DNA of 64,000 bases, from the NCBI GenBank assembly GCA_040390125.1, contig JAZJYZ010000001.1, positions 163,698 through 227,697 of the forward strand, written 5' to 3'. Below are positions 30,023 to 39,824 of this stretch, piece by piece. The notes under the pieces were generated by a model that saw only the letters and a program-made list of their open reading frames with translations, was not told the DNA's origin and ran no database searches. Numbering within the stretch: position 1 is the stretch's first letter; each line of letters begins with the position of its first letter. The position numbers and the translations under genes are program-made. Origin of the DNA: Patescibacteria group bacterium. Its GTDB lineage: Bacteria; Patescibacteriota; Minisyncoccia; Phycocordibacterales; Phycocordibacteraceae.

Positions 30023-30406
30023 ATGGCTGAAGAAACAACAACAAAAGCAAAAACGAAGCGTGTAACAAAAAAGAGCGTGGGTGCTGTGGCACCTGCAACT
30101 ACTTCGAAGTTGCGCCTTCGTGTGCGAGCCTATGATCACAAGGTCTTGGATGCTTCAGTGAAGCAGATTATCGACACCGCACTCCGTTTTGATGCGGAGG
30201 TTGTAGGTCCTATCCCGCTTCCAACTGACATCAAGAAGTTCACCGTGAACGCTTCGTCGTTCGTCTACAAAGATGCTCGTGAGCAGTTCGAGATTCGTAC
30301 ACATAAGCGAATTTTGGACATCGTAAACCCAACACCAAAAATCATTGATGCTTTGACGAACCTTTCGTTGCCATCAGGTGTCTCGGTTGATGTAAGGATG
30401 ATGTAG
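30023..30406 (+). CDS. rpsJ: 30S ribosomal protein S10
   Basis: [28 protein letters not shown]; N-terminal extension. Confidence 0.97.
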   Translation: MAEETTTKAKTKRVTKKSVGAVAPATTSKLRLRVRAYDHKVLDASVKQIIDTALRFDAEVVGPIPLPTDIKKFTVNASSFVYKDAREQFEIRTHKRILDIVNPTPKIIDALTNLSLPSGVSVDVRMM

Positions 30407-30528
30407 TCGTTTGACGAGAATCGCAATCTGCTTTGTTGCAGGTTGCGGTGCTCTCTCGCCGTACGTAAGAGTACGGCTCGGTTTGCTCCTCGCCTGCGCC
30501 TCGCATCTCATCGATTCTCTCCAAACTC

Positions 30529-30566
30529 CAAATTAAAAACCGCCCGAAAGGGCGTTTTTTAATTTG
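30529..30566. terminator. Bidirectional terminator after rpsJ
   Basis: CAAATTAAAAACCGCCC-gaaa-GGGCGTTTTTTAATTTG. Confidence 0.8.
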
Positions 30567-30597
30567 TGTTGCGTACAAGTTCTACGTTCCCCTGCTC

Positions 30598-30741
30598 TTA
30601 GGCTCTTTTATACCATTCTTTGGTAAGTTTATTGTATACATAATCGAATGGCATAGAAAAAGGATGAGGGTGGTGTTTAAAACCTGGACCAGTCGTTTCA
30701 TAACCACCTCGTCGTGAAATTAATTTTAGTCTCTCTTTCAT
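30598..30741 (-). CDS. 47-aa micro-ORF opposing the S10 operon
   Basis: MKERLKLISRRGG...; near-consensus TTGACA-17-TATTAT promoter on minus strand. Confidence 0.5.
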   Translation of the reverse strand: MKERLKLISRRGGYETTGPGFKHHPHPFSMPFDYVYNKLTKEWYKRA

Positions 30742-30907
30742 AGATAAAATATAAGTTTTTAAGTGATACGTAAATAATAGCATATTAGAAACCTTCTGTC
30801 AAGTATTTCTATAGTGAGTTCAACAAGTAAGTGTACCACTCCAGACTTCTAAGGGGGGGCACCTTTGGTAAAATACCGAGGTTTCGTCGTGGTATTTTTA
30901 GGTTTCT

Positions 30908-30936
30908 TGCATCTTTTAGGTGCTTTGTGTATAGTA
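30908..30936 (+). promoter_or_regulatory. Promoter for rplC block
   Basis: TTGCAT-17-TATAGT. Confidence 0.6.
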
Positions 30937-31056
30937 GCTGAAACGCTACGTTTGCCTCCGAAACATCGAAAGGGTTGGACCCTTCGACAAGCTCAGGGTA
31001 AACCAATGGTATATCGCACACTGCGAATACCGGTGTGCGTTTTTCTTTAAACAAAA

Positions 31057-31665
31057 ATGAAATTTCTTATCGGTACAAAACAGGGAATGACACAGGTCTT
31101 CAATTCAGCAGGTCACGCTGTGCCTGTTACCGTTATACATGCGCCAAAGGTTACAGTGACCCAAGTAAAGAACGTGGAGACTGATGGCTACAAGGCAGTG
31201 CAGGTAGGGTACGGTGAACAAAAGCAATCACGCATTGCAAAACCACAGCAACCTAAAGGAAATGTTCGTGGGCTTCGTGAGTTTCGTTTCGACGGAGCTG
31301 AGGCTCTTGAGGTCGGTGCCACATTTGATGTCACTGCTTTCTCAGAAGGTGAAAGCGTCGTTGTTTCAGGAATTTCAAAAGGAAAAGGTTTCCAGGGCGT
31401 CGTAAAGCGATACGGTTTCAAAGGAGGTCCTCGTACACATGGTCAGAAACATTCTGAAAGAGAGCGTGGTTCTTCAGGAGGAGGCCCAGGCCGAGCAGGT
31501 GGTCGCGTCGTGAAGGGTATGCGCATGGCAGGCCGAATGGGTTCTGACCGTGTGACTGTTCCAAATCTCGAGGTCATTCGAGTGGACAGTGTAAAAAATG
31601 AGATTTTTGTTCGTGGAGCAGTTCCAGGACGAAAGGGAACAGTAATTGAGATTCGTGGCAAATAA
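31057..31665 (+). CDS. rplC: 50S ribosomal protein L3
   Basis: K.GMTQVF, DGY.AVQ, SKGKGFQG. Confidence 0.98.
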   Translation: MKFLIGTKQGMTQVFNSAGHAVPVTVIHAPKVTVTQVKNVETDGYKAVQVGYGEQKQSRIAKPQQPKGNVRGLREFRFDGAEALEVGATFDVTAFSEGESVVVSGISKGKGFQGVVKRYGFKGGPRTHGQKHSERERGSSGGGPGRAGGRVVKGMRMAGRMGSDRVTVPNLEVIRVDSVKNEIFVRGAVPGRKGTVIEIRGK

Positions 31666-31666
31666 T

Positions 31667-32347
31667 ATGAAAGCATCTATATACAACACAAGTGCAAAAG
31701 AAGTAGGGGAAATCGAACTCCCAGATAGCATTTTCGGTGTAAAGCGAAATGATGCCTTGGTGCATCAGGTTGTTCTTGCCATGCAGGCAAACGCTCGCAC
31801 ACCAGTGGCTCACACGAAGGGTCGTGGTGAAGTACGAGGAGGAGGTAAGAAGCCATGGAAGCAAAAAGGCACTGGACGAGCTCGTCATGGTTCTATTCGT
31901 TCTCCTATTTGGAGAGGAGGAGGCACCACACATGGTCCTGTAAAGGAACGTGATTTCTCGCAGAAGATAAATAAGAAGATGCGCGCAAAAGCAGTTGCAA
32001 CAGTTCTTTCAGAAAAACTCCGCAAAGGAAAAATGATTTTTGTTGACTCGCTTTCCTTCAAGGCTCCAAAGACAAAAGATGCAAAGGCAACCCTCGGAGG
32101 TCTTGCTAAGATTGCAGGATTTGCAGAGCTTGCTACCCGAAGAAATAATGCAGCGCTCATTCTTCTTTCGAAGCATGATGTTGCTGCAGTAAAGAGTTTC
32201 CGCAACATGAAGAATGTGATGGTTGATGAAGCAAGAAATGCAAACCCTGTTGACTTGCTTACCTACCGATATATCCTCATTGTAGATCCACAGGTTGCTG
32301 TTAAAACCCTCTCATCCCGCCTTTCTGATATTAAAGCTAAAAGCTAA
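31667..32347 (+). CDS. rplD: 50S ribosomal protein L4
   Basis: TK.RGEVRGGGKKPWKQKGTGRAR.GS. Confidence 0.98.
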   Translation: MKASIYNTSAKEVGEIELPDSIFGVKRNDALVHQVVLAMQANARTPVAHTKGRGEVRGGGKKPWKQKGTGRARHGSIRSPIWRGGGTTHGPVKERDFSQKINKKMRAKAVATVLSEKLRKGKMIFVDSLSFKAPKTKDAKATLGGLAKIAGFAELATRRNNAALILLSKHDVAAVKSFRNMKNVMVDEARNANPVDLLTYRYILIVDPQVAVKTLSSRLSDIKAKS

Positions 32348-32374
32348 AAGCTATAACCTAAAAGCTGACTATAT

Positions 32375-32782
32375 ATGGCACTTTTCAACACAAAAAAGAA
32401 TACGAAGAAGGCGAAGGAATCGATTCCAGAATCGAAGTCTGTTCTCCCTGAAAGCTCTAAGCCAAAAGCCAAAAGCTCTTCTGAACGTCCTTCTGCTCTC
32501 GCTGAGTATGCCAATGTTTTGGTACGCCCTCGCATTACCGAGAAAGCAGCAAACATGACCGCACAAGGTGTGTATACATTTGATATTCGCAAGACCGCAA
32601 CAAAGAAGGATGTTGCTAAGGCGGTACACGCACTCTACAAAGTGATGCCAATTAAAGTGAATGTCGTAAATACACCAGCAAAACGTGTGCAGATGAGAAA
32701 GAAGCGTGGTTTTGGTAAGACTGCTGCATCAAGAAAAGCTCTTGTATTTTTAAAGAAAGGTGACACTATCCGTTTCTCATAA
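32375..32782 (+). CDS. rplW: 50S ribosomal protein L23 (N-terminal extension)
   Basis: RPRITEKA, YTFD...ATK. Confidence 0.95.
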   Translation: MALFNTKKNTKKAKESIPESKSVLPESSKPKAKSSSERPSALAEYANVLVRPRITEKAANMTAQGVYTFDIRKTATKKDVAKAVHALYKVMPIKVNVVNTPAKRVQMRKKRGFGKTAASRKALVFLKKGDTIRFS

Positions 32783-32800
32783 ATTTTTTACTATACGCAT

Positions 32801-33664
32801 ATGTCTTCTACACGAAATTACAAAGCACGCACCGCATCTACTCGTCACATGAGTGTGATTCGTTACCGGGGTGTTGTGACGACCAGCAAGCCTCTAAAGT
32901 CTTTGACGAAGGGTAAGAAAAACCGTGCAGGCCGAAACTCTTTTGGTCGTATTACAACTCGCCACCAAGGAGGCGGACACAAACAGCAGGTGCGCATGGT
33001 TGATTTTATGTTCGCTAAAAAGAACATCTGGGGCAAGGTTGAGCACATTGAATACGATCCCACTCGCTCAGGTTTCATTGCTCGCATTGTAGACATAGAC
33101 GGAGAGCGCCGATACATACTTGCACCGAAGTCTTTGAAAGTTGACGATAAAGTCATCACTTCTGAAACTGCCCCAATCACTCCTGGAAATCGTCTTCCTT
33201 TGAAGAATATTCCAATTGGAACATTCATCTACAACATTGAGATTCATGCAAACGGGGGTGCGAAGATTGCTCGAAGTGCTGGCAATCATGCCGAGCTTAT
33301 TGCACTTGACGCTGGGTACGCTCAAATCAAGCTCCCTTCAACTGAAGTTCGCAAGGTGGTAGACACTGCATGGGCATCCATTGGCGAGGTTTCAAACGAT
33401 GCACATCATCTTGTCATCATTGGTAAAGCAGGTCGTTCTAGACACATGGGTATCCGCCCAACGGTACGTGGTACTGCTATGAACCCAGTTGACCATCCAC
33501 ACGGAGGAGGTGAAGGCCGTCAGGGTCGTGGACACAGAAGGCAACGCACTATGTGGGGTAAGCCATCAGGAAAGGGTCAAAAGACACGAACTCCAAAGAA
33601 ATACTCCAATCCGTTCATTGTTTCTCGTCGCCGTGTTGGAAAGAAGAGAACAAAGGGAGCGTAA
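32801..33664 (+). CDS. rplB: 50S ribosomal protein L2
   Basis: GRN..GRIT.RH.GGGHK, IEYDP.RS, MNPVDHPHGGGEG. Confidence 0.98.
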   Translation: MSSTRNYKARTASTRHMSVIRYRGVVTTSKPLKSLTKGKKNRAGRNSFGRITTRHQGGGHKQQVRMVDFMFAKKNIWGKVEHIEYDPTRSGFIARIVDIDGERRYILAPKSLKVDDKVITSETAPITPGNRLPLKNIPIGTFIYNIEIHANGGAKIARSAGNHAELIALDAGYAQIKLPSTEVRKVVDTAWASIGEVSNDAHHLVIIGKAGRSRHMGIRPTVRGTAMNPVDHPHGGGEGRQGRGHRRQRTMWGKPSGKGQKTRTPKKYSNPFIVSRRRVGKKRTKGA

Positions 33665-33673
33665 ATTTCAGAA

Positions 33674-33710
33674 TAAAAAATCCCCCGCCATATATGGCGG
33701 GGGATTTTTA
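33674..33710 (+). terminator. Intrinsic terminator after rplB
   Basis: AAAAATCCCCCGCCAT-at-ATGGCGGGGGATTTTT. Confidence 0.85.
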
Positions 33711-33727
33711 GTTGTACAATATAGGAC

Positions 33728-36700
33728 ATGAACGTTATTTCTCGAAGTGTCAATTTTTCGTTTCTTTTTTTCGGGATCTCTTTTGCTTTGGTAGCAGTGC
33801 TTTTTGTTGCATTGCCAACGCCTGTTCATGCTGGTCCTCAAACTGGTGGTTGCGGAGAATCTTGGGGATATGAGTATACCGTAGTAGTAAACCCGTATAC
33901 GCCATTTACTCCTGCTCATGATGCCTGGCACTCACTTCACGGCGGTGATAGCTACACGGTACAGAGTGCATATCAAATAGCTAGCGTTGGTGATGAGGGA
34001 TGTCCTGTTAGTGATCCACCATACATAGCCCCTACTGTTGGCGTTGTCGTAGTTCCTTTAACTATTACTGCGGGTGAATCTTCCCAGCTTGCGTGGGGGG
34101 CCGAGAATACACTTTCTTGTACGGGCACGAACTTTTCAACTGGCTCGGCCACTCAAGGTGTAGTCACTGTTTCTCCAACAGTGACTACAACCTATTCTGT
34201 TAGTTGTACTGACGGTGCTACTACTGTATCGTCGAGTGCTACGCTATTTGTTAATCCACCACCTGTACCCACAGCATCTCTAAGCGCAAGTACAAATTCT
34301 ATTGTCTCAGGGAGCCCCTCAACGCTCACGTGGAATTCCACGAACGCCACTTCGTGTGCAGGTACTAATTTTTCAACCGGCGGAGCAACGGCAGGATCTG
34401 TGAGCGTTTCGCCAGTGAGTAGCACTTCATACCTTGTATCTTGCACAGGGCTTAGTGGATCGGCTTCAGCTTCTGTTACTGTCACCGTAACGCCTCCAGT
34501 CCTCCAAGCAAGTTGTTCAGTTTCATCCACGTCTGCCATTGTTGGGCAAGCAGTCACGTGGACTGCCGTACCTTCCGGTGGTACCGGCTCCTACACGTAT
34601 TCCTGGAGTGGAAGTGATAGTCTTTCAGGTACAGGAAGTTCAGTTTCGAAATCATACTCATCGACGGGTACCAAAACTGGCTCTGTTAGTGTCACCTCTG
34701 GATCGCAAACAACTTCGGTGACTTGCTCGAACAGTGTGTCGATAAGTAATGCTCCAGTTGCTGTTTCTTGTTCAGTATCTCCAACCTCTGCCACCGTCGG
34801 TAGCTCTGCTACGTGGAGCGCAAGTGCCTCAGGTGGCACCGGCTCCTACACGTATTCGTGGACTGGTACTGACAGTCTTTCCGGCACGGGTGCGTCTGTA
34901 TCCAAAACATATTCCACGACGGGAACAAAAACTGGATCGGTAACGGCAACCTCCGGCGGACAATCGGCTACAGCAAATTGTTCAAACAGTGTAGTGGTGA
35001 GTAACACTCCAGTAACTGGTTCTTGTTCGGTGTCGCCATCTTCTCAAACAACAGGCAGTGCCGTCACGTGGAGCGCAAGTGCTTCCGGTGGCACCGGCTC
35101 GTACAGCTATGTATGGAGTGGCACCGATAGTCTTTCAGGCAGTGCCAGTTCCGTTTCGAAGACGTATTCAAGCACTGGCACGAAGAGTGGCTCAGTAATA
35201 ATTACTTCAGGGGGAAATTCTACGAGCGTGACCTGTGCAAACTCGGTATCAGTAAGTTATCCGGCAATTACCGGCTCGTGCTCTGTGTCGCCTACAACTA
35301 TCACCGCAGGTGGTTCTGCAACGTGGAGTGCAAGTGCTTCTGGTGGCTCCGGTTCCTACACGTATTCTTGGAGTGGTACGGACAGCCTTTCTGGCACAGG
35401 CACATCAGTCACAAAAACCTACTCCAGTTCGGGTGCGAAGACTGCCTCGATTACTATTACTTCAGGCGGAAGTTCCGAGGTAATTAACTGCTCTAATGCA
35501 CTCACGGTAGGTAATGTGCCGGTAGGTGGTTCCTGCTCTGTAACGCCAACCAGTATGTATGCCGGTAGTTCTGCAACATGGACTGCTGTACCTTCAGGTG
35601 GCACCGGCTCGTACACGTATGTATGGAGTGGCACTGACAGTCTTTCAGGTACTGCTAGCTCGGTTTCAAAAACGTATTCAGGAAGCGGTATTAAGACGGG
35701 TTCCGTCGCAATCACTTCAGGAGGAAATTCTGCTACTGTGACGTGTTCGAATTCTGTTGCAGTGAGTGTGACGTTGTCGGATCTCATTACTGGTGCTGTG
35801 TCTCCAACTTCTGCCGTTGCAGGTGTTGCACAAATGTTTTCTGCAACAATCACCAACATTGGGCAGTCTGGGACGAATGGTGCTTTCACGAGTTTATTCC
35901 AGCGAGCAACATCTGCAGGTGGTGCAAATACGACCGATATTGGCACCGATGGCTCTCCGAGTGTGTCTGCAAATGGTACAGACGTGGCTGGGCTTTCGTA
36001 TGCGTTTCCCTCAGGAGGTATTTGGTACTTACGTGTTTGGGCCGACAAAAGCGGAACGGCGGATTCGGGGGCCATTAATGAGTCGAGTGAAAGCAATAAC
36101 TCAGGTGCATGGACTGCAATCTCTGTGTCGAGCCCAACATTGAGTGCGTACTGTAATGTCGCACCTGCCTCGGGATATTCTGGAGATACATTTACGTGGA
36201 CGGCATACCCATCTGGTGGCACCGGCTCCTACACCTATTCGTGGACTGGCAGTGACGGACTCTCCGGCACCACGCAAAGTGTTGCAAAATCATATTCGAC
36301 TTCTGGCACTAAGACTGGTTCCGTGACGGTGGTTTCTGGCGGGCAATCGGTAGGTGCCACATGTGCATCTGCAAATCTATCGAATGTTCCAAGTGCGCTC
36401 ATAACCGCAACTCCAAATTCTATTATTCTTGGCAACACGTCTCGTCTTGACTGGACTTCTTCAAACGCATCTTCCTGTAACAGTTCTGCTTTCTCGACCG
36501 GCGGGGCACCATCGGGTTCCGTAACCGTTACCCCTTTAACTACAAAAACCTATGACCTGACCTGTACTGATGGCACACGAACAGGTGTCTCTAGCGCAAC
36601 GGTGACCGTCGTTCCTGTTGGACTCACGCTTTCAATCAATCCTTCAACGACAGTTCGTCAAGGGGATCCTGCAACAGTTAACTGGTCAGTGAGTGGAAGT

Positions 36701-36871
36701 CCTGATTCTTGTTCAATTCAGGGTCCTGGTCTCTCATCAACCGCTCTCTCTGGGTCACGGGTAGTGACTATTACTGCGGAGAGCACTTACGTCCTCACGT
36801 GTACCTCAGGAGGTTCTTCGATAACCACTTCAGTCACTATAGGCCTGACCCCCCACTTTGAAGAGTTTTAA
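33728..36871 (+). CDS. Large secreted Ser/Thr/Gly-rich repeat protein (PKD/Ig-like repeats, CARDB-like domain)
   Basis: Signal peptide; six units of about 85 aa (SCSVSP..W.A..SGGTGSYTYSW.G.D.LSG); C.GTNFSTG units; AINESSESNN CARDB-like end. Confidence 0.85.
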   Translation: MNVISRSVNFSFLFFGISFALVAVLFVALPTPVHAGPQTGGCGESWGYEYTVVVNPYTPFTPAHDAWHSLHGGDSYTVQSAYQIASVGDEGCPVSDPPYIAPTVGVVVVPLTITAGESSQLAWGAENTLSCTGTNFSTGSATQGVVTVSPTVTTTYSVSCTDGATTVSSSATLFVNPPPVPTASLSASTNSIVSGSPSTLTWNSTNATSCAGTNFSTGGATAGSVSVSPVSSTSYLVSCTGLSGSASASVTVTVTPPVLQASCSVSSTSAIVGQAVTWTAVPSGGTGSYTYSWSGSDSLSGTGSSVSKSYSSTGTKTGSVSVTSGSQTTSVTCSNSVSISNAPVAVSCSVSPTSATVGSSATWSASASGGTGSYTYSWTGTDSLSGTGASVSKTYSTTGTKTGSVTATSGGQSATANCSNSVVVSNTPVTGSCSVSPSSQTTGSAVTWSASASGGTGSYSYVWSGTDSLSGSASSVSKTYSSTGTKSGSVIITSGGNSTSVTCANSVSVSYPAITGSCSVSPTTITAGGSATWSASASGGSGSYTYSWSGTDSLSGTGTSVTKTYSSSGAKTASITITSGGSSEVINCSNALTVGNVPVGGSCSVTPTSMYAGSSATWTAVPSGGTGSYTYVWSGTDSLSGTASSVSKTYSGSGIKTGSVAITSGGNSATVTCSNSVAVSVTLSDLITGAVSPTSAVAGVAQMFSATITNIGQSGTNGAFTSLFQRATSAGGANTTDIGTDGSPSVSANGTDVAGLSYAFPSGGIWYLRVWADKSGTADSGAINESSESNNSGAWTAISVSSPTLSAYCNVAPASGYSGDTFTWTAYPSGGTGSYTYSWTGSDGLSGTTQSVAKSYSTSGTKTGSVTVVSGGQSVGATCASANLSNVPSALITATPNSIILGNTSRLDWTSSNASSCNSSAFSTGGAPSGSVTVTPLTTKTYDLTCTDGTRTGVSSATVTVVPVGLTLSINPSTTVRQGDPATVNWSVSGSPDSCSIQGPGLSSTALSGSRVVTITAESTYVLTCTSGGSSITTSVTIGLTPHFEEF
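34500..35775 (+). repeat. Five tandem intragenic repeats of about 255 bp
   Basis: Recurrent GGTGGCACCGGCTC.TACACGTA every ~255 nt; sixth copy near 36140-36385. Confidence 0.85.
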
Positions 36872-36896
36872 TTTAGCCGTTTAGTGCTATTGGACC

Positions 36897-36926
36897 CTTT
36901 GTGCAACCTCCGGAGGTTGCACAAAG
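36897..36926. repeat. REP-like perfect palindrome (left)
   Basis: CTTTGTGCAACCTCC|GGAGGTTGCACAAAG, 30 bp. Confidence 0.92.
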
Positions 36927-36945
36927 AGTGTGGTAGCCTAAATTG

Positions 36946-37638
36946 ATGCCTAAAGCATTACCAAAGTCGCGAGAAGGAATTGCTCCGGGGGAGTATTATC
37001 ATATTGTTAATCGTGGCGCTCATCGACAGACGATCTTTAAAGAAAAAAGCGACTGGCGCCGATTTCTTTTTAATGTGTTGTTTCTTCAATCTCCACATCA
37101 ATTTAAAAACATACATCGGATTACGGAAAGCTTTCTTCCAGATATTGGCTTTGCTGTCCCTAACGAAGATATCGAGGCTATCATAGAGAGTCGTTTTGTA
37201 GAAGTGGTTTGTTTTTGTCTCATGTCAAACCATTTTCACTTACTGGTCAAAGAAACTACTGAAGGCGGAATCGCACGCTATATGCAGCGTGTCTCTGACG
37301 GATACACAAAATATTACAATGTTAAATATGAAGCTACTGGGCATGTATTTCAGGGTCCATACAAAGCGGTGCATGTAAAAACAGACTCTCAGCTTCTCTA
37401 CACATCCGCCTATATTCATAGAAATCCTCGTGACATACGAGAGTGGTCAGGGAAGGAGTTTGAATACCCGTGGTCGTCACTCCAAGATTTTACTGACGCA
37501 AATCGATGGGGAGGACTCATAGTGCCCGAGATTGTTACGGGTCAGTTTTCCGTCACACCTAAAAGTAATTATGCTGATTTTGTTAAAACAACAACCGCCA
37601 AACTTTTAGCTGAGGAGCTTGAAGGCATCATTCTATAA
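36946..37638 (+). mobile_element. Y1 HUH transposase, REP-associated (RAYT/IS200-like)
   Basis: YYHIVNRG, CLMSNHFHLL (HUH), GHVFQGPYK, YIHRNP, YPWSS; flanked by palindromes. Confidence 0.92.
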
Positions 37639-37646
37639 ATTTCCTA

Positions 37647-37690
37647 CAACGCCATTTGTGCAACCTCCGGAGGTTGCACAAATGGCGTTG
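37647..37690. repeat. REP-like perfect palindrome (right)
   Basis: CAACGCCATTTGTGCAACCTCC|GGAGGTTGCACAAATGGCGTTG, 44 bp, same 28-bp core. Confidence 0.92.
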
Positions 37691-37781
37691 ACAGGAGGCG
37701 GGTGATTGGGATAGTATGCCCAAAGCTCGTGAGGGCGCATTTTTCTTAGTGCGTACCTGTTTGGGTAATACATACAACACA

Positions 37782-38141
37782 ATGGCTCGCTCACTTAAAA
37801 AAGGTCCCTATGTTGCACACAAGCTTCTAAAGAAGATTGATGGCAAGAAGCCTGCAACGACAGCCCCTATAAAGACATGGGCACGTGCATCTGAAATCAG
37901 CCCTGAAATGGTTGGCTTTGTTTTTCTTGTTCATAACGGTAAGGATTTTCCAGAAGTATTTGTTACAGAGGAAATGGTAGGACACCGTCTTGGTGAATTT
38001 TCGGCGACAACGAAATTCACTCGTCACGGAGGTAAGATGCAGAAAGAACTTGAGCAGAAGAAGAAAGAGTCTGAAATTGCAGCAGCACAAGCAGCCAAGG
38101 CTCCAGCAGACGGAAAAACTAAAGCTCCGGCAAAAAAGTAA
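37782..38141 (+). CDS. rpsS: 30S ribosomal protein S19
   Basis: [28 protein letters not shown]. Confidence 0.97.
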   Translation: MARSLKKGPYVAHKLLKKIDGKKPATTAPIKTWARASEISPEMVGFVFLVHNGKDFPEVFVTEEMVGHRLGEFSATTKFTRHGGKMQKELEQKKKESEIAAAQAAKAPADGKTKAPAKK

Positions 38142-38166
38142 TTTTTTGATACATAGCATTTAGAAT

Positions 38167-38511
38167 ATGAAGGCGACACTTTCCAACTACAAGCAGACTC
38201 CACGTAAAACAAGGCTCGTTACTGAACTTGTAAAAGGTAAGAGCATTGACGCAGCGCTTCTTGCGTTGAAGTTCTTGGACAAGCGTGCGGCTACGCCAGT
38301 TGCAAAACTTATTGCATCCGCCGTTGCAAACGCCGAGAAGCAAGGAGAAGACGCTCGCACCCTCGTGGTACAAAACATCACTGTTAACAAAGGACTCGTT
38401 GCTATGCGTTCTATGCCACGTGCATTTGGTCGTTCGTCCCCAATTCGTCATCGTATGAGCCACGTAACCGTTACTTTGGGTAAAGCTAAAGTCGCCAAGA
38501 AAAAGAAATAA
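38167..38511 (+). CDS. rplV: 50S ribosomal protein L22
   Basis: PRK.RLV, SAVANA, PRAFGR. Confidence 0.97.
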   Translation: MKATLSNYKQTPRKTRLVTELVKGKSIDAALLALKFLDKRAATPVAKLIASAVANAEKQGEDARTLVVQNITVNKGLVAMRSMPRAFGRSSPIRHRMSHVTVTLGKAKVAKKKK

Positions 38512-38512
38512 T

Positions 38513-39193
38513 ATGACAAAAATTGTACATCCATACGCACACCGCCTTGGCATTCTTCGTGACTGGCAGAGTCGCTGGTTTGCAGGTTCTGCAAAGAAGA
38601 ACCGTGAATTCATTCGCACCGACGCAATGATTAGGCAGTTTTTGAGCAAGCGTCTTCGTGGTTCTTACGTGTCGCATGTAGAAATCGAACGTTCCCAAAA
38701 AGATTTGCGTGTACAGATTCATACCGCACGCCCTGGTATGGTCATTGGACGCTCGGGTGAGGGAGCAACAAAACTCAAAAAAGACTTACATCAAATGTTG
38801 AAGAGCATGCAACTTGCATCAGTGCCTTCACTCCACCTCGATATCATTGAAGTACGCTCGCCTGAATCAAATGCTGCCATTGTTGCTGGTATGGTTGTGG
38901 AAAGTCTTGAAAAAAGATTGCCATTTCGTCGAGTGTTGAAGCAGACCATCGATAAAGTGATGGCGAACCGAGATGTGAAAGGTGTACGTATTGGCGTTTC
39001 CGGCATGCTCGGCTCTGGCTCAATGTCACGCACCGAAGAATTGAAGAGGGGGCGCATTCCTCTTCAGACATTTCGTGCAGACATCGACTATGCGCAGGTT
39101 GCGGCTAATCTTCCTTTGGGCAAAATCGGTGTAAAGGTATGGATTTATCGTGGCGATGTATTCGCTGACGACACGATGCGACCAAAAGTATAA
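38513..39193 (+). CDS. rpsC: 30S ribosomal protein S3
   Basis: HP...RLG, ARPG.VIG, PLQT.RADIDY, GVKVWI. Confidence 0.97.
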   Translation: MTKIVHPYAHRLGILRDWQSRWFAGSAKKNREFIRTDAMIRQFLSKRLRGSYVSHVEIERSQKDLRVQIHTARPGMVIGRSGEGATKLKKDLHQMLKSMQLASVPSLHLDIIEVRSPESNAAIVAGMVVESLEKRLPFRRVLKQTIDKVMANRDVKGVRIGVSGMLGSGSMSRTEELKRGRIPLQTFRADIDYAQVAANLPLGKIGVKVWIYRGDVFADDTMRPKV

Positions 39194-39202
39194 TTTTTCT
39201 AT

Positions 39203-39622
39203 ATGTTGTTCCCAAAAAAAGTAAAATACAGAAAGTGGCAACGCTCACGCGTGAACCCAAAAAAGAAACAGGTGGCAACACGTGGTATTACGCTTGCGTT
39301 CGGTTCCCACGGATTGAAAGCTATTTCTTCTGATCGTATTTCATCAAATCAGCTTGAGGCTGCTCGTAGAGCAGGAGCAAGACTCTTGGGTAAAACTGGT
39401 CGTGTGTGGATTCGTGTATTTCCTGATCGTCCTGACACAAAGAAGGGAGGGGAGTTGCCGATGGGTAAAGGTAAAGGCGACCCGTACCGCTTTGTTGTGG
39501 AGGTAAAGCCAGGCAGAATTCTTTTTGAGATTGATGGCGTTACTGATGCAATTGCTCGGGAGGCACTCCGTAAAGCTGCGACGAAATTGTCAGTTAAGAC
39601 GACCGTAATTGCTCGCCACTAA
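39203..39622 (+). CDS. rplP: 50S ribosomal protein L16
   Basis: ML.PK..KYRK, WIRVFPD.P, MGKGKG. Confidence 0.97.
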   Translation: MLFPKKVKYRKWQRSRVNPKKKQVATRGITLAFGSHGLKAISSDRISSNQLEAARRAGARLLGKTGRVWIRVFPDRPDTKKGGELPMGKGKGDPYRFVVEVKPGRILFEIDGVTDAIAREALRKAATKLSVKTTVIARH

Positions 39623-39630
39623 ATTTGCAT

Positions 39631-39819
39631 ATGAAAGCTATAGATGTTAGGAAGAAGAACGACAGTGAACTAATGAAGCTCCTTGGAGATCTCGAAATTG
39701 AGCTCCGTGAATTTCGTTTCGGTATGTCGGGAGGACGCACGAAAAATGTTCGCAAAGCTCGAGGAATACGTGCCGATATTGCCCGCATTAAAGCAATTAT
39801 GACCGAGAGAAGCGCATAA
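39631..39819 (+). CDS. rpmC: 50S ribosomal protein L29
   Basis: Position; R.DIARIK. Confidence 0.93.
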   Translation: MKAIDVRKKNDSELMKLLGDLEIELREFRFGMSGGRTKNVRKARGIRADIARIKAIMTERSA

Positions 39820-39824
39820 TCTAT

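Noticed and set aside
30809-31054. Minus-strand 81-aa ORF containing PELVEG, and the overlapping plus-strand ORF
   Set aside because: Translations of the mini-repeat and the rplC promoter/leader
34500-36385. 255-bp repeats as DGR template/variable regions
   Set aside because: In-frame domain repeats with no evident adenine-specific divergence; no reverse transcriptase in the window
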